64,000 nt of DNA from Scyliorhinus canicula. Lineage: Eukaryota. The position numbers and the translations under genes are program-made. Each line of letters begins with the position of its first letter. Position 1 is the stretch's first letter. The stretch spans positions 2,542,001-2,606,000 of the forward strand of contig NC_052158.1 in NCBI RefSeq assembly GCF_902713615.1, given 5' to 3'. Below are positions 55,915-64,000 of this stretch, piece after piece. The notes under the pieces were generated by a model, which did no database searches, had not been told where the DNA came from, and was given only the letters and a program-made list of their open reading frames with translations.

Positions 55915-58895
55915 CCTTGTTGCAGGTTCCGGGGTTTAGGTGTTTTAGTAAGCTCAGAGAAAGGGGCAAAAGAGGGGGAGGTGTGGCGCTGCTAGTCAAG
56001 GACAGTATTACGGTGGCGGAAAGGATGCTAGATGGGGACTCTTCTTCTGAGGTAGTATGGGCTGAGGTTAGAAACAGGAAAGGAGAGGTCACCCTGTTGG
56101 GAGTTTTCTATAGGCCACCTAATAGTTCTAGGGATGTAGAGGAAAGGATGGCGAAGATGATTCTGGAAAAGAGCGAAAGTAACAGGGTAGTTGTTATGGG
56201 AGACTTTAACTTTCCAAATATTGAATGGAAAAGATATAGTTCGAGTACATTAGATGGGTCGTTCTTTGTACAATGTGTGCAGGAGGGTTTCCTGACACAA
56301 TATGTTGACAGGCCAACAAGAGGCGAGGCCACATTGGATTTGGTTTTGGGTAATGAACCAGGCCAGGTGTTAGATCTGGAGGTAGGTGAGCACTTTGGAA
56401 ACAGTGACCACAATTCGGTGACCTTTACGTTAGTGATGGAAAGGGATAAGTATACCCCGCAGGGCAAGAGTTATAGCTGGGGGAAGGGCAATTATGATGC
56501 CATTAGACATGACTTAGGATGTGTTGGTTGGAGAAGTAGGCTGCAAGGGTTGGGCACACTGGATATGTGGAGCTTGTTCAAGGAACAGCTATTGCATGTT
56601 CTTGATAAGTACGTACCAGTCAGGCAGGGAGGAAGGGGTCGAGCGAGGGAACCGTGGTTTACCAAAGAAGTGGAATCTCTTGTTAAGAGGAAGAAGGAGG
56701 CCTATGTGAAGATGAGGCGTGAAGTTTCAGTTGGGGCGCTTGATAGTTACAAGGAAGCGAGGAAGGATCTAAAGAGAGAGCTGAGACGAGCAAGGAGGGG
56801 ACATGAGAAGTCTTTGGCAGGTAGGATCAAGGAAAACCCAAAAGCTTTCTATAGGTATGTCAGGAATAAAAGAATGACTAGGGTAAGAGTAGGGCCAGTC
56901 AAGGACAGTGGTGGGAAGGTGTGTGTGGAGGCTGAGGAGATAAGCGAGATACTAAATGAATACTTTTCGTCAGTATTCACTCAAGAAAAAGATAATATTG
57001 TGGAGGAGAATGCTGAGACCCAGGTTATTAGAATAGATGGCATTGAGGTGCGTAGGGAAGAAGTGTTGGCAATTCTGGACAAGGTGAAAATAGATAAGTC
57101 CCCGGGGCCGGATGGGATTTATCCTAGGATTCTCTGGGAAGCCAGGGAAGAGATTGCTGAGCCTTTGGCTTTGATTTTTAGGTCATCATTGGCTACAGGA
57201 ATAGTGCCAGAGGACTGGAGGATAGCAAATGTGGTCCCTTTGTTCAAGAAGGGGAGTAGAGATAACCCCGGTAACTATAGGCCGGTGAGCCTAACGTCTG
57301 TGGTGGGTAAGGTCTTGGAGAGGATTATAAAAGATACGATTTATAATCATCTAGATAGGAATAATATGATTAGGGCTGGTCAGCATGGTTTAGTGAAGGG
57401 TAGGTCATGCCTCACAAACCTTATCGAGTTCTTTGAGAAGGTGACTGAACAGGTAGACGAGGGTAGAGCAGTTGATGTGGTGTATATGGATTTCAGTAAA
57501 GCGTTTGATAAGCTTCCCCACAGTCGGCTATTGCAGAAAATACGGAGGCTGGGGATTGAGGGTGATTTAGAGATGTGGATCAGAAATTGGCTAGTTGAAA
57601 GAAGACAGAGAGTGGTAGTTGATGGGAAATGTTCAGAATGGAGTTCAGTTACGAGTGGCGTACCACAAGGATCTGTTCTGGGGCCGTTGCTGTTTGTCAT
57701 TTTTATAAATGACCTAGAGGAGGGTGCAGAAGGATGGGTGAGTAAATTTGCAGACGACACTAAAGTCGGTGGAGTTGTAGACAGTGCGGAAGGATGTTGC
57801 AGGTTACAGAGGGACATAGATTTTTTTTTTTTTTATAAATTTAGATTACCCAATTATTTTTTCTATTAAGGGGCAATTTAGCGTGGCCAATCCACCTACT
57901 CTGCACATTTTTGGGTTGTGGGGGCGAAACCCACGCAGACACGGGGAGAATGTGCAAACTCCACACGGACAGTGACCCAGAGCCGGGATCGAACCTGGGA
58001 CCTCAGCGCCGTGAGGCGGTTATGCTAACCACTAGGCCACCGTGCTGCCCTCAGAGGGACATAGATAAGCTGCAGAGCTGGGCTGAGAGGTGGCAAATGG
58101 AGTTTAATGTGGAGAAGTGTGAGGTGATTCACTTTGGAAAGAATAACAGGAATGCGGAATATTTGGCTAATGATAAAATTCTTGGTAGTGTGGATGAGCA
58201 GAGGGATCTCGGTGTCCATGTACATAGATCCCTGAAAGTTGCCACCCAGGTTGATAGGGTTGTGAAGAAGGCCTATGGTGTGTTGGCCTTTATTGGTAGA
58301 GGGATTGAGTTCCGGAGCCATGAGGTCATGTTGCAGTTGTACAAAACTCTAGTACGGCCGCATTTGGAGTATTGCGTACAGTTCTGGTCGCCTCATTATA
58401 GGAAGGACGTGGAAGCTTTGGAACGGGTGCAGAGGAGATTTACCAGGATGTTGCCTGGTATGGAGGGAAAATCTTATGAGGAAAGGCTGATGGACTTGAG
58501 GTTGTTTTCGTTAGAGAGAAGAAGGTTAAGAGGTGACTTAATAGAGGCATACAAAATGATCAGAGGGTTAGATAGGGTGGACAGCGAGAGCCTTCTCCCG
58601 CGGATGGAGGTGGCTAGCACGAGGGGACATAGCCTTAAATTGAGGGGTAATAGATATAGGACAGAGGTCAGAGGTGGGTTTTTTACGCAAAGAGTGGTGA
58701 GGCCGTGGAATGCCCTACCTGCAACAGTAGTGAACTCGCCAACATTGAGGGCATTTAAAAGTTTATTGGATAAGCATATGGATGATAAGGGCATAGTGTA
58801 GGTTAGATGGCCTTTAGTTTTTTTTTCCATGTCGGTGCAACATCGAGGGCCGAAGGGCCTGTACTGCGCTGTATCGTTCTATGTTCTATGTTCTA
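55915..58895 (+). mobile_element. Young 5'-truncated CR1/HER1 LINE ORF2 (APE endonuclease + RT), interrupted by a SINE
   Basis: [41 protein letters not shown] and FADD motifs; (TTCTATG)n tail. The frame is intact apart from the SINE. Confidence 0.95.
57822..58050 (-). mobile_element. Young poly(A)-tailed tRNA SINE
   Basis: Near-identical to 20188-20426. 15-bp TSD cagagggacatagat (57807-57821 / 58052-58066). Confidence 0.93.
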
Positions 58896-59396
58896 TCACT
58901 ATGACGCTGTATTTCCATCTCCAAGCCATTGCTCAACTTCGTCCATGCCACAGATATTTTCATTTGTGTCTTTGCTACCGTTAGACTGACTATTCCGACA
59001 CACATCAGGCTGGCCTGCCACATGAGATCATTCCAAACTCTGCTGTGTCTGTCTTAACTCTCATCAAGTCCTGTTCCTCACCACTGCTTTCCTCACTGAC
59101 CTACATCGACTCCAACTCAGTCAAAATCCTTCATTCTAAAACTCTCAACCTGGTTTTCAAATGTCTCCTTTCCCTTGCTCTCACAGATGAAATAGGAGCA
59201 GCAGTAGTCCATTCGGCCCCTCCAACCTGCCCCACCATTCACAAAGATCATGGCTGACCTGTTTGTCTTTCCAAATCTGCAATTCCCATCCACACCGAAA
59301 AACCTTTGATTCCCTTACCCAACAAGAATCTTATCTACCTCCACTTTAAAAGAATTCAGTTTCCCCGCTTTCACCGCCTTGTGAGAGATCCAAGAT

Positions 59397-60225
59397 CTCA
59401 CAACCCTGCTGTCCCCAAAGTCACACAATCCTGCTTTCCCCAAAGTCACACAACCCTGCTTTCCCCAAAGTCACACAACCCTGCTTTCCCCAAAGTCACA
59501 CAACCCTGCTGTCCCCAAAGTCACACAACCCTACTGTCCCCAAAGTCACACAACCCTGCTGTCCTCAAAGTCACACAACCCTACTGTCCCCAAAGTCACA
59601 CAACCCTGCTGTCCCCAAAGTCACACAACCCTACTGTCCCCAAAGTCACACAACCCTGCTGCCCCCAAAGTCACACAACCTTGCTGTCCCCAAAGTCACA
59701 CAACCCTGCTGTCCCCAAAGTCACACAACCCTGCTGTCCCCAAAGTCACACAACCTTGCTGTCCCCAAAGTCACACAACCCTGCTGTCCCCAAAGTCACA
59801 CAACCCTGCTGTCCCCAAAGTCACACAACCCTGCTTTCCCCAAAGTCACACAACCCTGCTTTCCCCAAAGTCACACAACCCTGCTCTCCCCAAAGTCACA
59901 CAACCTTGCTTTCCCCAAAGTCACACAACCCTGCTGTCCCCAAGTCACACAGCCTTGCTTTCCCCAGTCACGCAACCCTGCTGTCCCCAAAGTCACACAA
60001 CCCTGCTTTCCCCAAAGTCACACAACCCTGCTTTCCCCAAAGTCACACAACCCTGCTGTCCCCAAAGTCACACAACCCTGCTGTCCTCAAAGTCACACAA
60101 CCCTGCTTTCCCCAAAGTCACACAACCCTGCTGTCCCCAAAGTCTCACAACCCTGCTGTCCCCAAAGTCACACAACCCTGCTGTCCCAAAAGTCACACAA
60201 CCCTGCTGTCCCCAAAGCCAGATAA
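59397..60225. repeat. 25-bp minisatellite (caaccctgctgtccccaaagtcaca), roughly 33 units
   Basis: Directly visible. Confidence 0.95.
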
Positions 60226-60749
60226 CTTGCTGCATCTGGATACCAACCTTTTCTGACTCATGAACTCATACAACGAGATCCCTCTGCTCCGCAGAATTCT
60301 GCAGCCGTTCTTTGCTTCAGTAAAAGTCTGCTGTTTGATTCTTGCTGGCAAAGTGAACAACTTTCACATTGTGTTCTTCTGCCACACTTTTGTCCAATTG
60401 CTCAATTTATTTCTGTACATCTGCAACCCCCTTCTGTCCTCTTCACAACATACTTTCCAATCTATCTTTGCTTCATCTGCAAATGTATTCCCTGTGCCTT
60501 TTCGCCCCTCATTGAGGTCATTGATATAAATTGTATAATGTGTAGAACTCTACACTGACCCCTCCAGTAACACCCTCCAACTAGACGTCACTACTTAAAT
60601 ATAAGTGGTCGCTCATTTAACACAGCGATGAAGAGAAATATATTGTCATCGAGGGTCGTGACTCTCTGGATCTTTCTTCCTCAAAAGGTCGTGGAAGCAG
60701 AGTCTATGAATATTTTTAGGGCAGAACTATCCATTGAAATCCTCCAGTG

Positions 60750-63155
60750 CGGCACGGTGGTGCGGTGGTCAGCATAGGACCTGGATACAATCCCGGTCCC
60801 GGGTCACTATCTGTGTGGAGTTTGCACATTCTCCACCACAACCCAAAGATGTGCTGGGTGGGTGGATTGGCCGTGCTAAATTGCTCCTTAATTGAAAAAA
60901 AATAATTGTCTACTCTAAGTTTATGAAGAAAAAAAGAATCCCCCTAAGCCATTCAGCCATCTGATCTGCACCTTCCCCTTGAAAACGCACCTTATTCAGG
61001 CCCCTATCCTAACCCCATAACCCCACTAACCGGCACATCTTTGGACAGTAAGGGGCAACTTAGCACGGCCAGTACACCTAACCTGCACATGGAACCTAGA
61101 ACTAGGGCAGCACGGTAGCGATTAGCACAATTGATTCACAGCTCCAGGGTCCCAGGTTCGATTACCAGCTTGGGTCACTGTCTGTGCTGAGTCTCCACAT
61201 TCACCCCGTGGCTGCGTGGGTTTCCTCCGGGTGCTCCGGTTTCCTCCCACAGTCCAAAGACGTGCAGCTTAGGTGGATTGGACATGCTAAAATGGCCCTT
61301 AGTGTCCACAATTGCTCTTAGTGTTGGGTGGGGTTACTGGGTTATGGGGATAGGGTGGAGGTGTTGACCTTGGGCAGGATGCTCTTTCCAAGAGCCGGTG
61401 CAGACTCGATGGGCCGAATGGCCTCCTTCTGCACTGTAAATTCTATGAACAGTACAGCACAGTACAGGCCTTTCGGGCCATGATGTTGTGCCGAACTAAT
61501 CTGAAACCATCCATGTTACAAGCTCACCAACCTTATTCCTGATGCTCCTCGCATTGAAGTAGACACACTTCAAACCACCTGCACATCTTTGGACTGTTGG
61601 AGTAAACCGGAGCACCCGGTGGAAACCCTTGCAGACCAGGCAAGAACGTGCAATTTCCACACATACAGTGACCCAAGGTGGGAATTGAACCCTGGTCCCT
61701 GGTGCTGTGAGGCAGCAGTGCCAACCACTGTGCCATCACTGCGCTGCTGGATTGATTCTTAATTAACAATGGGGTGAAAGGGTAGTGGGCGTGGGCAGGA
61801 ACGTGGGGTTGAGGTTACAATCAGATTAGCCATGATCCTATTGAATGGTGCAACAGCGTCCATGGAATTCCTACAGCGCAGGAAGAGAGTGTTTGGCCCA
61901 TCGTGTCTGCATCGACCCTCTGAAAAAGCACCCTACCTAGTCCCACTCCCCCACCCATCCCTGTAAACTCATAACCATGTCACCTAACCTCCACATCTTT
62001 GGGCACAAAAGCTCAATTCATCTCTATCCATCTTCAACCACCTTATGTCCTCTTCACAACAAACTTTCCTACGTATCTTTGTGTCATCTGCAAATTTAGT
62101 CACCATGCCTTTTCTCCCCTCATCTACATCATTGATTATAAATTATAAGAAGTTGGGTACTCTGCACAGAGCCCTACAGAAACCCAGGCGTGACATCTTT
62201 GAACAGTGTGAAGAAACCGGAGCACGCGGAGGAAACCTACTGAGACACGAGGAGAACGTGCAAACCACACACAGACAGTCACCCAAGGGCAAAATTGAAC
62301 CGGGATCCCTGGCGCTGTGAGGCAACCTTGCTAACTAACCACTGCACGCTGCTGGATAGGTTCTTAAAGAGCAAGGGGGTGAAAGGATATCGAGGGTAGG
62401 CTGGAATGGGGGGGTTAAGGTTACAATCAGATTCGCCATGATCTTACTGAACGGCGCAACAGGCTCCATTGAATTGAAACAGTGCAGAAAGAGGCCATTC
62501 GGCCCATTGAGTCTGCACCGACCATCTGAAAGAGAACCCGACCGAGACCCACTCCCCCTTCCTATCCCTGTCACCCCATAACCCCACCTTACATGCATGC
62601 CTTTGGACACTAAGGGGCAATTTATCCCAGCCAATCCACTAAACCTGCACATCTTTGGACTGGGGGAGGGAATCGGAGTATCTGGAGGAAACTCACACAG
62701 ACACGGGGAGAACATGCAGATTTCGCACAGACAGTGAGCCAAGGCCGGAACTGAACCCGGGTCCCTGGCTCTGTCAGGCTCCTGTGCTAACCATTGAGCC
62801 ACTGTGCCGTGATCGAGGGGCCGAGTGGCCTCCTCCTGGTCCTAATTCATGTGTTTGTGTTCTGCTAATCAGAAAAAACAATCAATTTTTGCTCACTCTC
62901 TGTCTTCTGCCATCCAATTGTCTATTCAATCTTCTTGACGTTAAGAATCTCGCCAAACCCCATCAACCTCTGGAATAACGATGCTCTTCTGATTCTGCCG
63001 TCTGAAGCCGAGTTGCTCTAATGCTGTTGGGCGCTCCATAGAATCATAGAAATTACAGTGCAAAAGGCGGCCATTCGGCCCATCGAGTATGCACCGGCCC
63101 TTGGAAAGAGCACCCGACTTAAGGCCACCCCTCCACCCTAGCCCTGTAACCCCTC
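60750..63155. mobile_element. Dense cluster of nested HE1-type SINEs and CR1 tails in both orientations
   Basis: Repeated heads and cores at about 60750, 61105 (+), 61570, 62200 and 62480-62810 (-). Confidence 0.8.
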
Positions 63156-63772
63156 CTTCAGCAGCCTAAACCCCAAGCTCTGAAATCCCCTCCTTCCACA
63201 TCACCAGCTGTCTCTCTCTCTCCTTTACCAGCGTCATGTTAAATCCTCCATCTTTGGCCAAGTAGTCTGCAACCTGCCATAATATCGTCTGCAGTGTCTC
63301 GGTGCCACATTTTGCTTCGGTACCCTCCTGTAAACCTCCTCGAGGCGGTTTATTGAATTAGTGGGAAAATGTGAACAGAATGTGTTCCTGCTGGTGGCAG
63401 GGACAGCAGCAAAACCCCTTCTGGCGTCCAATGTCACGGTGACTGTAAAATGTACAAGATTAAACAACAGTCAATGCCAGACGTGGTTAGGCTTCATTCC
63501 GGAGTGTGGCCTTTATTCCCTTCTCTTACTTTTTTCTTGTTTGTGTGAGAGACATGAGCATCACTGGCAAGGCCACATTTAGTGAATTTCGGGGCTCGAG
63601 GGGCTGAATGGCCTCTGCTCCTGTTTCCTATGTTGCTGCCGCTGAGTGCACTTGGTGAGCAGTTGCAGAGGGCGACATTGCCACCTACTGTCCCGGCATG
63701 GAAGCTGCTGCTTCCCTGCTCCTGAACTGTCTGCTGGTTCTTCTGGAGTCGCCGTTCAGTCTACCCGTAAAC

Positions 63773-63985
63773 GGGGCTCAGTTGGCCGGACAGCCCGTTC
63801 GTGATGCAGAGCGAGGCCAGCAGCGTGGGTTCAATTCCCGTACCGGCCGAGGTTATTCATGAAGTCCCCACCTTCCCAACCTTGTCCCTCTCCTGAGGTG
63901 TGGGTGATCCTCAGGTTAAATCACCACCAGTCAGCCTCTCCCCCCTCAAGGGGGAAAGCAGCCTATAGTCATCTTTGGTATGTTG
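63773..63985 (+). mobile_element. tRNA-derived SINE (related copy on - at about 48690-48890)
   Basis: ggctcagttgg A box, ggttcaattccc B box, ctcaggttaaatcaccaccagtcagc body. Confidence 0.75.
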
Positions 63986-64000
63986 GGCTCAGTTTGATTT

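Noticed and set aside
63340-63770. Possible 3' UTR or last exon of the next gene (minus-strand AATAAA near 63350 and 63512)
   Set aside because: No recognisable coding sequence or splice evidence within the window.

Overview
Repeat-rich vertebrate genomic DNA, most likely from a cartilaginous fish (inferred from HE1-type tRNA SINEs, HER1/CR1 LINEs and Penelope remnants typical of sharks). All host genes are on the minus strand. There are three intact, intronless cytosolic HSP70 genes in tandem (30841-32760, 36975-38885, 45662-47593). About 20 kb downstream lie the first three coding exons of LSM2 (ATG-only 10996-10998, 8908-8975, 805-835), which the ORF track misses. LSM2 next to an intronless HSP70 cluster is the gene order of the mammalian MHC class III region. 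The HSP70 coding regions are mosaics consistent with gene conversion, but their promoters differ. The third carries a multimerised 42-bp CCAAT/GC/CRE/HSE-like module, and a geneless copy of that promoter lies about 7.3 kb upstream. Between the two copies sits a very young non-autonomous Gypsy-derived LTR element. In it, pol is replaced by a long in-frame tandem-repeat ORF, and gag contains a dense NRF1/GABP/YY1/CRE motif array. The rest is nested transposons (CR1, Penelope with a hammerhead-like motif, Gmr1-like SCAN-gag, Gypsy, Harbinger, hAT, solo LTRs, SINEs), micro- and minisatellites, and one 161-N assembly gap.
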